A DNA stretch of 59,703 bases from Pseudogymnoascus verrucosus (Eukaryota): NCBI GenBank assembly GCA_001662655.1, contig KV460264.1. The stretch is one strand, 5' to 3'. Position numbers and translations under genes: made by a program. Below the pieces are notes generated by a model. The model saw nothing but the letters and a program-made list of their open reading frames with translations, did not search any database and was not told the origin of the DNA. Below, one piece after another: positions 9,420-21,945 of this stretch; position 1 is the first letter of the stretch, and every line of letters begins with the position of its first letter.

Positions 9420-9669
9420 GGCCCAACTTTATCGCGACCATTCGGGCCTCCTTAAAATTCGGGGAGGTTTTATACAGAAAGAACATGGCCTTAAGTTTGA
9501 AGATACTTAGAGAGGAAAGCAGAGGGCGAGAGAGGAGAAACAAAATGCAGCGCAGGAGCAGGAGTTAAAATAACCGCAGGACAGAGAAAGAGAGAATGGG
9601 AAGGAGAAGGCATAGGTTTGAATGGCCAACAACATCTGTTTGAGCCGGCATTTCTACCGAAGTATAGAC

Positions 9670-11277
9670 TTAGCTATGAATGTCTCCATCTGTAGAGAGG
9701 CCTGCCTTTTCGTCAAAGAGAACTTGTAACTGTTGTACATATTCTTCCCGCTCGGCGACCTTTCTCCTGGCAACTACCATAGAACCCTCACACCAATACT
9801 GTGAAAGTACTTCTTCGGAATCTGTAGAGAGCGCAAGAAATCTAGGACTGATATGATCGTCGAATAGAGACCACGCGGCATTCACGGACGTAATACAATG
9901 CCAGAACCATACTGCTCCAGATTTCCAGCTGTCGTGCATGATTCGCGTCATTGCAGGCGGATTCGTCGGCGCCATCTTGACTTCCTCCTCTTCAAATATA
10001 TCCAAAAACTCTTGATGAACGGTTTCAAACTCACCGAGGTTCTCCTCCCTTATGTCATCGATAGCGCACCCAGTAAGCCAATACGGCACGGAAAGCATCC
10101 CAGCAGGTAGCGCACAAACCCACTCATGGTCTATGAGAGATGTAATGTTCCAGTCTTTGTCAACGAAGATGTTGCTCGCATGAAAATCGGTAAGCTGAAG
10201 ATGGAATGGCCCATTACGGCTTTCCCGCTGTATATAATGATTCGAGAGTGCCCGAAGCATTGCTTTAACAGCCATCTGGCTGAGACAGTCTCCCATACTT
10301 GAAACAGCGTTTGGATTGGCGAGAAAGAAGTCGTCCTGGAATGTAAGCATATCTGCAACAAAAGGCTCGGTGGAAGTGTATGTTTCATTTCTCGGTATCG
10401 TTCTTGGAGCACCATTATTTTCTAATATGATGACAGAACAGGACAGTGGTCGGTTTGTTAATGTGATAGTACCGTTGTTGTGAAACTCGAAGGAGCCTAT
10501 TCGAGGCTGGGGAATGCGAGCTAAAGACAACATCAAGCGTGCCATATCTCGGAAGAGGTTCTGCCTCCGGACTGGTTCCTTTCGATATTCATTCCATGCA
10601 TCACTAAGTATTTCGCCCGTGTTAGGGCCGATACGCTCAAGAAGCATATATGCAGTGGGCAGACGCGGGCAGGTCGGTCTGGAAACATATTGAGATAACG
10701 TTGGGTATCGAAAATAGTTGCGGAAATAACGTTGAAGCTTACGCCAAAAGCGGACATAAAAAGGCATTTGTTGTTCGTGTATAAACTGTAGACGATATTA
10801 GCAAGAAATTTGCAAGTAATATAAAAGGCTTACGTGTCGATTGTCGGAGAAGCCAAAGCCGTATAATCGTGGAATAGGGATGTCAGGGCAATGCTCTTGC
10901 ATCCATACGTAGGTTCCCACCTCGGAGCTTAGCTTTTCGTCAACGGTGGCAGGGTATTTGGCTTCGGCAAGCTTGTGTGGCATAGGACAGCGAAAGATCA
11001 GGCTCTGATTAAAGCCAGCCGACCTTACTTCCACAGGTATACACACATTAAAGCTCCCACGAATCCATTGATCTTCGACAATACAAGAGTCTTCATCGCG
11101 CAGCCTCAGGTGATGCCGAACAATGTCCTGGATCGCTACACGCTGATCCCGGAGCTTCTGAAAGAGCTGCCTCCTTGCTCCAGGGTATGTGGCTTCATTG
11201 ATCATGTTGGCATCTTTCTTGCGGGCCGACTCATATGTAATGTGCTCCCCGTTGTCGAGCTCAAGAGAAGCTGCCAT
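9670..11277 (-). CDS. APH/choline-kinase-like phosphotransferase family protein (exons 11277-10834, 10785-9670)
   Basis: GSFNVC (P-loop-like), EKLSSEVGTYVW, PIPRLYGFG, and LTDFHASNIFVD..WNITSLIDHEW (Brenner-type motif). A 48-bp intron GTAAGC..GCTAAT..TACAG keeps the frame. Confidence 0.85.
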
Positions 11278-12704
11278 GGTGAAATAAGCATACCTCGCCT
11301 GCTGTTGGGAGTTTCGCAAGGTTTTGCGCCGTAGAGTTGCTGTTGTGTCAGGAGAATCATTTGAGTGGGATTTTGTTGCGCCATGAGGTTTCGCGACGTC
11401 CGAATTTCAGAGACCCTACCAAAGATGACGAGTTAGCTACACTGCGAGATATAATCATATTTCTGTGCATAAAGAAAATGGGGTAGTTACTTGCTGCTAA
11501 TGCGTAGACCAGCTGTTCGATCCTCTCAGTTGTCGTGGGAATGTTGTAGATATAAGCTCAATATGATCGCCCAAGCTTTCGAATTCTGCTGACTAATCTT
11601 ATTAAATACATCGGACTGAAAGTAAGTCTACGAAACGCCACTTTAGTAAATTAAGTTTATGTCGAATGCGAAGTCGATGCATTGACTCTCTGTTCGCCGT
11701 GTCAAATCAAGACACTCTTGTCGTCGGATCTTGTTCTTCACCAAACGCCTTGGGGTGATACCAGCATGCGATCTTCGCTCCGTTTTCTTGTCTAGCTCGT
11801 GCCCCTCTTAGGTGACCGCACGTTCACACTGAACAAGTTGAGCTGCTCTACACAATAACCAAAAGTATGAATCGTCACGTCGGACTGTTTCACACACTCC
11901 ATACAAGATGATCCTTAAGACGAGACCTCAAGGGTCCGATCTGAAGAATCTTCTTGCCGACCGGGCATCGGTCGGTGTATTCCCTCATCATTGGCAAAAG
12001 CCATCAGCCAACCAAATCCCTCAGCTCGTCTTCTTCAGAGAACAATGCTTTTCAAAATGATATGTAGAGACCATCCCACAGTCACTCCCCCACCTAAAGG
12101 CGTCGAGAGCGGCTGTTTTGGAAAGACGGTACCTTGGAATCTGATTTTGGTTCCCGGGAACGGAAGACTATTCATGGACTGAATAACCCTCAGCAAGCGC
12201 CGAAGCGAGGAGCCGTGATAAAAAGTATATAAGTATTAATTATAACTCCTACTAGATGATAAAGAAGAAAGGAAAAGGGTTCGGGAGGGAAGGAGAGGTT
12301 ATATACTGGCGCAGAGCCGCTAGCGCGTGTCTAAGCGAGCAGGAAATTTTGGGTTGTTTGTCATGTTTGCACCTGGGAGATCGGCAGCGAAATGGTAAAC
12401 AGTGGGTTCGTGATCTTTTTCGGTGAGAGTTGCTTTGGCATGATAATTTATAAGTGGGTTTCTTATTGCTTCTATGAAGTGGGGAGTTTTACGGAATCAG
12501 TGGTTTCGATACTTATGAGAGAGGGACTTTAATATAGAGAATTATTACATGGAGATTTTACTATATCAAGTTGAAAGCAAAATAGCAAAACTTCAGCAGC
12601 ACGGATGATTGTATTGTATCTGTCAAATCCCAATTGTTGATTGATGATATCCCAGCGCCATTATTTTCTATTTACATACAAAATTCCCCTCGAAGCCTCT
12701 CGCA

Positions 12705-15224
12705 CTAGGCCTTCCGCGCCCGTCTCATCGAGCGCTTCTTAGCTATAATCTGAGCCCTTCTGGCCAACCTCCCTTCCTCGCCCTCAGCAAACCCTGGCTT
12801 GAATTTTGATGCGTCCTTCCCAGCTGGAACCGGACCTTGCCTTGGTACTCTATCTGCAAACTTCCCCTTTCCATTTGTTGGCTTTGGACCATCTCTGCCT
12901 GATCCTCCACCCCTCTCTTCTCTCGGCTTGCCCTTATTGAAAGCTCCGGGCCTCTGCTTCCACTCCTTTCCGGGTTCCCTGGGCTTCCCCTTCTTCTCTG
13001 GCTTCTCCTTACCACCCTTCATTCCCTTACGTGTTTTCGCCATCAGCTGATCCTTAGTGAATGCTTTCTTCTCCGGCTTCTTGCCTTCCAGCTCTCCCTT
13101 CTCTCTCGCCTCAAGCACCTCCTTACTCCTAATTCTTGCCTTCTCCTCGCGCTCCTTTCTGCGCTCCACAACCTGAGCATTCTCAATCGCAAACTCGACA
13201 ATCAGTCTCTGCTTCTTTCCTCCGTTGCCATCAAGGGCGTGGCCGTTAAGCCAGCGCAGGCCCATCAGAGCCCAGCGATGAGACGCATACTCGATGAATC
13301 CGTAGCCGCGACTGCGCCCTGCACCACTCTCTTCAGACACCTTGGCACCCTCGCGACCTTCGAAAACAATCTTGGACTGCTTGACGATTCCCTTTCCTTT
13401 CGCCTTTCGCTGCTTCTCAGCCTCGCGCATGGGTTCTCCACCGCGGGCTTCCTCCTCCTTCGACAGCTGGGCTCTGAGGCCTGACTTCACATCCTTGGCA
13501 AAACCGACGACACCTTCACGGGCAAGGGCCTTGAGGTCCTTAGATGTGATAGAACGCGGCAAGTTGCGGATTGAGAGACGAGTTAACGAAAGATGGAGCG
13601 AGGGGTTGCCCTGGATGAGCTTCTTGCGCTGCTTGGCACTGTCCTCACGCATGGTGATTTCGGATGGAGATAGTGCATTGTAAAGAGTAGTACCAGCGGC
13701 AACGGTACCTTCCGAGAGAAGATAAAGACGACGCTTATCCTTGTCCCTGTTGTCACGGCTATTGATGCCCTGTTCGGTCAGCTTCACAGCTTGCTCTCGC
13801 TCGACGGCGTGAGAAACTTGGAGTACGCGTCCATCGATGGTGTATGTGCCGGAAGAGTCTGCGCTCTCATTCTCGAGAATAGAATGCTTGACATTGCTGG
13901 CATCGGTCTTTTTGGTAGCATTTGCTCCGGTTGGCTGGTATCTTGGGGCGTTCTTGACGCAGTTGTCGGCATCCTCAACATTGTAGAAGCAGACGAACCC
14001 GGTGCCCTTAGGTCTGTCCGTTGCGCGATCCATCACCACTCTGGCGTATCGAACGGCACCGAATTGCATAAAATGCTCTTTCAACTCAGGGTCACGAGCG
14101 GTGAATGGAAGATTGCGAACAAAGAGTGTCGACGAGTTATCAGTAATGAACTGGGCCTTTCTTCTAGCCGCTTCGGCCGCCTTCTCGGCAGCCTCCTCAT
14201 CTTCAGATTCATCTTCCAGCTCCTCCAGTTCTGCATCAAGGTTGTCGGCATCCTCGTCCTCATCTTCGTCCTCCGCATCATCCATATTCTCATCCTCATC
14301 CTCGTCGTCCTCGGGCTCAGACTCCAATTCATCACCAAAGTTTTTCATAAAATTGGCAACATCAGCGTCGACATCGTTGGGATCTTCGTCTTTCTTATCA
14401 ACATCCATAGCATCCTCCTTTGCTGGCTTCTCTGCCTTTGCCTTCTTAGCTGCCTTCTTGGGCTTTGGCTCTTCTCCAGCGTCGGTTTTGGCCTTTTCCC
14501 AGACATCCTTCTCGACAGCCCAATCGACGGCAAGGATTCTGCCGTCAATCAAGTTCCCATTCACAGCCTCCAGTGCTTTTTCGGCGTTTTTTCGGCCCCT
14601 CATCACCACAAATCCAAATCCAGCCTGAGTATCCTTGACTTTTGGGAGTGTTACATGCTTGACTTTTCCGAATTTCTGGAACAGAAGTTCTAAATCCTTT
14701 GGATCTTTAATGCTCCAAGGCAAGTTTCGAATAATCAACTTTGGAGGCTTGCGATCCTCGAGCATCTTCTCAGATCTCTTAGTCTTGGCCGCAGCTGCTT
14801 CTGCCGAAATAACGCTGGTGCGCTTCCCTCCAGCTCCTTTGCCAGAGTCCACATCTCTATGTCTGGGCTCTGCGACCTCCACTTTCAATTTCCGTCCTTG
14901 AAAGGCCTTGCCGTGGAACTCCTCCTTCGCACGTTCCGCGTCTTCTGCGTCGGCAAACGTAACAAAGCCATAGCCTTTCGATTGCTTTGTCTCCGGGTCA
15001 AGAACCACAGTCGCGTGCTTTAGTGGGTAGCTTTCCGAGAACAGTTTTGTAAGAGCGTCGCTGGTAACAGTAGCAGGCAATGATCGGACGAATAGAGATC
15101 TCCTTGCTGATGCATTCGTTTCTTTGCGTGCTTTCTTGTTGGGAGAAACTTCTTCATTGTCGGATTGCAAAAAAGCAGCTTCGGCCTCCCCTTCAGGGCG
15201 CTGCCTCTTTTGTCTTTCGCCCAT
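12705..15224 (-). CDS. NOP4: Nucleolar multi-RRM ribosome biogenesis protein Nop4/RBM28
   Basis: Four RRMs (KGYGFVTF, AGFGFVVM, KGTGFVCF, RGYGFIEY), an acidic linker, the DKRRLYLLSEG and LHLSLTRLSIRNLP motifs, LIVEFAIEN, and a basic tail. Confidence 0.95.
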   Translation of the reverse strand: MGERQKRQRPEGEAEAAFLQSDNEEVSPNKKARKETNASARRSLFVRSLPATVTSDALTKLFSESYPLKHATVVLDPETKQSKGYGFVTFADAEDAERAKEEFHGKAFQGRKLKVEVAEPRHRDVDSGKGAGGKRTSVISAEAAAAKTKRSEKMLEDRKPPKLIIRNLPWSIKDPKDLELLFQKFGKVKHVTLPKVKDTQAGFGFVVMRGRKNAEKALEAVNGNLIDGRILAVDWAVEKDVWEKAKTDAGEEPKPKKAAKKAKAEKPAKEDAMDVDKKDEDPNDVDADVANFMKNFGDELESEPEDDEDEDENMDDAEDEDEDEDADNLDAELEELEDESEDEEAAEKAAEAARRKAQFITDNSSTLFVRNLPFTARDPELKEHFMQFGAVRYARVVMDRATDRPKGTGFVCFYNVEDADNCVKNAPRYQPTGANATKKTDASNVKHSILENESADSSGTYTIDGRVLQVSHAVEREQAVKLTEQGINSRDNRDKDKRRLYLLSEGTVAAGTTLYNALSPSEITMREDSAKQRKKLIQGNPSLHLSLTRLSIRNLPRSITSKDLKALAREGVVGFAKDVKSGLRAQLSKEEEARGGEPMREAEKQRKAKGKGIVKQSKIVFEGREGAKVSEESGAGRSRGYGFIEYASHRWALMGLRWLNGHALDGNGGKKQRLIVEFAIENAQVVERRKEREEKARIRSKEVLEAREKGELEGKKPEKKAFTKDQLMAKTRKGMKGGKEKPEKKGKPREPGKEWKQRPGAFNKGKPREERGGGSGRDGPKPTNGKGKFADRVPRQGPVPAGKDASKFKPGFAEGEEGRLARRAQIIAKKRSMRRARKA

Positions 15225-15817
15225 GATATTTGTAATGCGGGGGCGGTTATTTTTTGTATTGTAATTCTCGCTGATAGTAAATAATCGACCCTGCAGAAAT
15301 TATTCTGAAAGTCGCAGACAAATAATTCCGACAATACACTAGTCTGTATTGGGGTTAGTGAGGCACCGCCCAGAATCACCGGCGACAAATGGATGATCAG
15401 TTCACTTTGACCCCAATTCACCCGTCAACCACCACATCTACGACGACCACCACGACAACCACGACCCGTCACGCCCATACGCTGTTGTGACCGCCTTGCA
15501 TACATCCTGTATCGACATATTGCGACTTCACTGATGCGATAGAGTCCCTGTTGTTCAAGGCGCCGTTGGTGGTCGAGCGCCTCATTGCGACCGGTCGCGC
15601 CGATAGACATCTTCACTGTCATCGCACCCATCGATTCCTTGAACGCCGAGGTCACCTCATCCTCGAGCTCTTGACATTCACTCTGGCGGATTCTTCACCT
15701 ATAACTGCACTATTCTTGAAAACGACAGCTCGTCTTGGTTGACGTAGCGAGCCAGGCTCAATTTTCTGTTATTCGCATTGTTTCGTGTAACCATCGTCAC
15801 ATTCACAGGTTTTATCG

Positions 15818-17111
15818 ATGTCGACTCCAATAGATTCTGCTACCAATAGATCGTACCCGCTCTCACCTACTCCGAACAGCGAGGTGAAAAGGTCACAGCC
15901 CGCGACATTTCAACCTCGGACTCCACAAAGCCCCCTCCAGCCAAACACGGCCTCGGGCGAGAAGGTGCCAAACACCAGGGTATCGGGCAACATGAGTTCA
16001 ACCATTTCTAGGACAGTCCAAGGGCCAACTATGGCAGACTCGCACGATAGCGCGACGCCGATGTCGATCGATTCGAGCATCCAGGCTGATGACCTTTCGA
16101 ACAAACGCAAGCGTGAATCGGAGGATACTGGTGATCGCGAGCAGAAGAAGGCTCATGTCGAGGAACGCAAGCTGTGTATTGAGGACCTTCACCTTGATGT
16201 TGGCAAGATATACCAACTTTGCAGAACTCGTAAGGCTCCCTTCTCTCCCAAAAGGTTTCGGTGTTCGCCTTGTGCGGGCATTGTGAATCTCAAGTTCTGC
16301 GCATCATCTACCTCAGTATTTGGTTAACACAGACTTGATTTAGCTCATCCATACAAGCAACCGGATTTAGGACTAGATCTATTCGAACTATACGGCCTCA
16401 ACCCAACCGCGGCAAAAGTGGCACGAGTTCTACCAAGTGGCGAGAAGAATGGACTACGCAAGACATACAAGGGCAAGATCAAGGACTTGGGGATCAGTGG
16501 GAAGTTTGACGTCACAGTCAACGACGAAGAGTCTTCAGGCGGCCTTCTGTCTATGATGAGAGAACCTGAACATGAGTGGATGGTAACTCAACGTCTTGGC
16601 AAAGAGATTGAGAAGGGGTTGCCCCAGAATGTCTTTGCGGCTCTGCCTGCGGCAATGACGATGGCTAAAGGTGTGATACCAAAGCAGATGTGGGATAGCT
16701 CTGTTCTAGGCGAGTTGGATATTCCAGAGAAAAAGGCTGCCGCTCAAGTCCCATCAAAGCCTACCTCTGCCGGTATGCAGAAGAGCGCAAGCCAACAGTC
16801 CGGAGCAATGTCCCGCGGCAGTAAGGCAGATCTTGCTCGTCCCAAGAGAGCCGTGAAGAAGCGTGGCTATGATGAGTCGAGCTTTGAGGGCTATGGGGAA
16901 GGCTATGTTGATGACGATATGGTTGATGCTGGGTACTCAACCGGCGAGGGCGATGACCGGGGCGGCCCCGGAAAGAGAAGAAAGAAGGTTGGTAGTGGGA
17001 GTCACCTTGATTTCTACTACAAAACTAACGATATGATAGTCTGCGCTTAACCAACAACAGTACGGCCCATCTCGCCATGGCAGCTACGGCCCAGGGATGG
17101 TTGGTGCATGA
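15818..17111 (+). CDS. ROX3: Mediator subunit Med19/Rox3 (exons 15818-16229, 16344-16987, 17040-17111)
   Basis: The spliced product contains LHLDVGKIYQLCRTPHP...DLFELYGL..TAAKVARVLPSGEKNGLRKTYKGKIKDLGISGKF, the fungal Rox3 signature. Introns are canonical. Confidence 0.85.
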
Positions 17112-17667
17112 TCGTGGCACCACCGTTGTATGAAATGGAGAAAGAAAGCAGAACTGGCCCATTTGGGATCTATCTGCCCATGCCTCAGTCAGCATGTGGA
17201 CTTTCGGCGATGCCTTCCAATTTGGAAACCGGCCACAACTGGTCGTCTGGGTCGATCCCAGAACAAGGAAGCGCGACGTCGACAGCGGAATCGAAAACAG
17301 TGTTTCGTTTTTTTTTTACCGAAACCTGGAAACACCCACTGGGGTACTTGAGCTTCAAGAAATTGAGCTGACCCGGTGCGGGAAACATAACTGTAATGAG
17401 TATCACTTGCACATCGGGGCTTATGCTATTAGCGGGCGTTTTTGTGTTACTCGAGCCAGAGCAGTTCTAGCCACCAGACTTCTGCATGATGCGGAAAGGG
17501 ACGATGGTCTATGAATATATGCCATTACAAACACATCAAGCTACATTATCGTGACCACGTAAGGGATCCGTGACTTTTGTTAAATTATATCTATGCCGTA
17601 GCTTGCCCGGGGTCTATGGAACGTACATGTCTGTAACAAATTTGATTTCATTTTCAAGACTCCATAT

Positions 17668-19601
17668 CTACAACTTGACACTCTTAACCACCCCGGCCTT
17701 AATACCAGTCTTCTCACCCGAGTAACCACCGCGCTCCTCGCCGCCCTTATAAATGGCCTTCATGCTGCCCAACTTCTTCATCTTCTCCTCATACTTCATC
17801 CTCTTCTTAACTCTGGGGTTGCGGACTTCCTTCTTCCTCTTCGGCGCGAGTCCACGGTTTTTGGAAATCACATATCCTATGGCACGCTTGCCATCCTCAC
17901 CAACATCCTCGCCCTCAACTCTGGCCAAGGAATTCTCAGCCTCTGCAGCAACAAGGGCTGCGTGCTTATCTTCCTTCATAGCCTTCTTTGCCTTCGACGT
18001 TTGTGCCACGAGATCGTAGTACTCATCTTCTTCGTCTTGGACCTTCTTGCCAGCGGCTCTATCCGCATCATCTTCTTCGTCACTATTTCCACCAAGCTCA
18101 GCGCCTCGGCCATACTCGTCTAATTTCTTGCCACGGCGTTCAGCTTCAGCATTCAGCCTGTTCTGCCTATCGCGCAGGCGCTCACGGTACGGTAGATCAG
18201 CATCACCACCCGCGTCACGACCAGCCTCGTTGCGCTTATTCGACCTCTGTGCGATTTGAGAGGTGTAGAAGCGGAGAGATTTCTTCTTGGCGGCCTTCTC
18301 AGCAAGGGCGCGCGAGGAGAGAGTTTCTTCTTCTCCAAAGTCGGAGTCGGAGTCTTGCACGATAGCTGGCTTGGCCTTGGAGCTTGAGGATTTGCGTGTT
18401 TTGGTGGTGGGGATGAGGGAGGAGAGGTCGGTCAAAGAAGCTTCGTTGGCGTCGATTCGGGCCTTGCGCGCTTTAGCTGTTGCAGCAGCAGCAGCTTCAA
18501 GCTTGGCAGCCTTTTTGGACTTCTTGGTTGATGGAATACGTTCAAAGGCCTCATCCTCGTCGGTTTCGGGTGTGGCTTCGTCGGATAGTATCTCATCTTC
18601 GTCAAGGCCGCCAAATGGCATATCCTCTGCTTGAAGGGTCTTTGTTTTGGACCACATCTCGCGGCACAGTAGAAGACTATCCATAACCGCATGGTCTCGG
18701 AGTTCCATTGGGTCAAGAGCTGACTTGGCGTTCTCTTCCTTTGCTGTAGAAGTGAGGACGGCAAAGTACATTGTCAGCGCTCCAAGATAAGCAGCCAAGG
18801 CACGGCTCTTAATAACCGCGACAGTATTCCTGGGCCCTGTGGCGCTGATTTCGTTGTTGAGATCCTCCAGGACCGGATGTAATTCCACGAACTCATTTGC
18901 CAGAAACTCGAATTCGGGGTATCTCGTCTGGAGCAGCTTCAGTCGCTCCTCTGGTCCCAAGTCGTCCGTGATTTCCACGTCCTTTAGAATCTCTGTGACT
19001 ACGTCTCCGTCGTCATCCTTTGCTTCTTGCAGCCACTCGTTTTCATCAAACCCAAAATCTGCCTCGGACATGCTCTGCAACTTCTTTTGCTGTAAACGCT
19101 TTGCTTCAGCCTCCTCTTCTAAGGCGTCCACCTCCGTCTCGATATTATCCGCATTGTAGTAGTCTTTTTTCGATGATCCCCAACCCTCAGCGTCTTCGTC
19201 CTCCTCCTCTGCCTCTGATCCTTCCGAATCCGAAGTTGCCTTGCGATTCGACTTGCTTTTGCTCAATCGGCTCCCTGCCGCCTCGTCGTCTTCGGAACTA
19301 GCATCGGAGTATCCAAGAACTTCCTCATCGGAAGGCTCGAGGAATGCGTCTGTTTATTGTTAGTAGGCGCAGGGGCGACGGAGACAATCGCATTAAACAT
19401 ACCTTGCTCTGCCCATTTGCGCTGCCTTTTGGCCTCTGGTCCCTCATCAAGCATCACCTTGTCTCTATTAATATGAAAGTCATCTTCCTCGTCGGCAACG
19501 TCCCTATAGGATGTAATTGGTCCAAGATTCCCATCTTTTTCGTCAAATTCTTTCGGGCCGCTTGGAGCGGCTCGGCCTGAACCCTTTCTTTTCTTTGCCA
19601 T
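17668..19601 (-). CDS. SAS10: SSU processome subunit Sas10/Utp3 (exons 19601-19403, 19349-17668)
   Basis: WGSSKKDYYNAD motif and the C-terminal KRAIGYVISKNRGLAPKRKKEVRNPRVKKRMKYE...YSGEKTGIKAGVVKSVKL. A 53-bp intron keeps the frame. Confidence 0.95.
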
Positions 19602-20103
19602 TTTGTATTTGTGACGTCCAGTTAGAATTAGAAAAGTGGCGTTCACTGAGCGCAGTCGTGGATGAGATCTCGAACTTTTTCGATACCACTATCTTAGTGC
19701 CAGATAGCGGCGAAAAGTAATTCCGCATCAGTACACCCAGGTACCGCCAAGGAGGCTCTCGGCCAGTCGCGACTTCCATTTTGGACTTGAAGGGGATTTC
19801 TTGCGAATTCCTGTAGTAACTGCCGTATATATTATATATGGAAAGGTATGGCTACTGTATCTTGAAGCCAAGTTACAATATTTTAGAAGTTGGAAGACTA
19901 AGCTTCGAGCAATTAGATCCTAAAAAGTTTCCAATTTCAAAACCACCAAGCTGACATTAATTTACTGAGCTGACGGGCCCCCTCCTGATCGCCATCCTTC
20001 TCACAACACACAACAATCCCAAATGAGCCTCGATATCGTCTCCGCGATCTCCTGGAAGACTGTGACCTCTCTGATATTTGCCATTGGCCTCGGCGCGTTC
20101 ATA

Positions 20104-21115
20104 ATGGGTTGGCTTAGCCGCAAGAACCACTTTGATGTGGCTGGGAAGGTACAATACTCATCCCCAAAGTCTCCCCATGGCCTTCATAGCTGATGATCCC
20201 TAGACAGTGCTCTTGACCGGAGCATCACAAGGAATGGGTCTCTCGGTGGCGAAAATTCTCTCGGGGAAAGGTGCCAACGTGGTTATCGTCGCCCGCAACG
20301 TTGGCAAGCTGGAAGCAGCATTGAGTGAAATCAAAGCTTCTGCAGCCTCTGCGACCCAGACCTTCCACTACATATCTGCCGATCTTACAGACGCCTCTGA
20401 AGCGTCCCGCATCGTCACTGATGTGATGGCTTGGAACAGTGGTGTCTCGCCCGACGTTGTATGGTGCATGGCTGGCAGCTCGGAACCTCAGCTATTCCTA
20501 GATGCGCCCAGCAAGGTGCTCAGGAACCAGATGGATATCAACTACTGGGCAAGTGCAGAAATGGCGCAGGCAATACTGAAGGAGTGGCTGGCACCAGGTG
20601 AAGCGAGGAGCGAGAGACAAAGACATTTCATATTTACGGCCACAACTCTCGCGTTCTACCCCATTGTGGGATACTCGGCATATTCTCCATGCAAAGCTGC
20701 GATGCGCTCGTTAAGTGATACGCTATCTCAGGAGATTCTGCTTTACAGCGACTCAGTTAAAGTTCACACCGTATTCCCGGGATCGATCGACACGCCAGGC
20801 TTTGCTCATGAGAACATTGGGAAGCCGGCAATTACCAAGATTCTCGAAGAACCAGACCCATTGCAGTCTCCGGATGCGGTGGCCGCAGCTGCTATTTCAG
20901 GGCTGGAGAGCGGAGAGTACCTGATCACGACGAACTTACTTGGGTCCATAATGAGAGCTTCGGCATGGGGCAGCTCAGTGAGAAATAACTGGGTCATAGA
21001 TAACATACTCGTTTGTATCGTGGCCTTGGTGTCTTATTTCATATCTGCAGATATTAACGGGAAAGTGCGGAAGTATGGAAAGACGAACGGGCATCCGAGC
21101 ACTTTCAAGGGCTAA
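20104..21115 (+). CDS. TSC10: 3-ketodihydrosphingosine reductase (SDR); exons 20104-20148, 20204-21115
   Basis: MGWLSRKNHFDVAGK|TVLLTGASQGMG, GYSAYSPCKAAMRSLSDTLSQE, FPGSIDTPGFAHEN..KP.ITK.LE, and a C-terminal hydrophobic segment. Confidence 0.9.
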
Positions 21116-21945
21116 TTACCAACAAACAACCCTCTTAAGAGATAATAATGTATTGTATTGCCTATCTGCTTTTATTCTATCTCTAATCTCGTGGTACTGT
21201 TATTGAAGTGTCTTAATTGCCCCTATTCGGTGGAGGTGGAATTTTACCGCCCGGCTCAGATGCTCGCATGCACATATCAAAGTTTTGGCTCATGCGCTCC
21301 TTCAATCGCCGTCCACCCAACCGTATCGGAAGATGGTATTTTATAAGGCTAATTCCGTTTACTTTCCTTAATTAAACAAGCTCATAATCCCAATCGCAAA
21401 GCTCTCCGTCTGCGTTTTGCTTCTCGGAGCCACGGCAAATCATTGGCATTCCATCGCCTGCCAACCGAACTTTAGAAACCCGCGCTGAGGGCGCAGGGAG
21501 GTCTCGTGGCCAGTTCTTTACGAGCCGATTACGTATCATATGTCAGTTGCAGACAGGAGCAATTGTTTTACACGTGTACCTTCGAGGTAAATTCTTGTTT
21601 CTTAGTGTGGACTTTTCTTTATTAGAAAGTGCTCTGCTGCATCGGTCTTGTTCGTCTGTCTGCCTTGTGCTGCTTTCAGATATCGTCAACCTTTATTGAT
21701 CATCGCCTTTGTCAATATGACAACCGTCGCCTTTGTAGATTTTGTTGATACCCCTCAGTTGTTCCCCAGGGGGGGGGAGTCTATATCTCGAATCTGATGT
21801 GAACACCCCTTGCGACTGTTTGTCTAATCTTTCAGTATCTGGTGCTTTTTCATTCGCGTCAAGTAACAGGGAAAATTGCAGCGAAACTTCTCATAATTGA
21901 CAGACGAGCGCCGTTTTATCAAGCCTCACTTACAGACTATCTGCT

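Noticed and set aside
11800..12310. Possible small or decayed minus-strand gene behind a TATA and pyrimidine tract
   Set aside because: Only a ~46-codon frame was found, with no recognisable homology or consistent splice model.
13791..14693. Long antisense ORFs (also 38435-39334, 40763-41530, 57163-58125, 8173-8769)
   Set aside because: These are shadow ORFs produced by codon bias of the real genes on the opposite strand.
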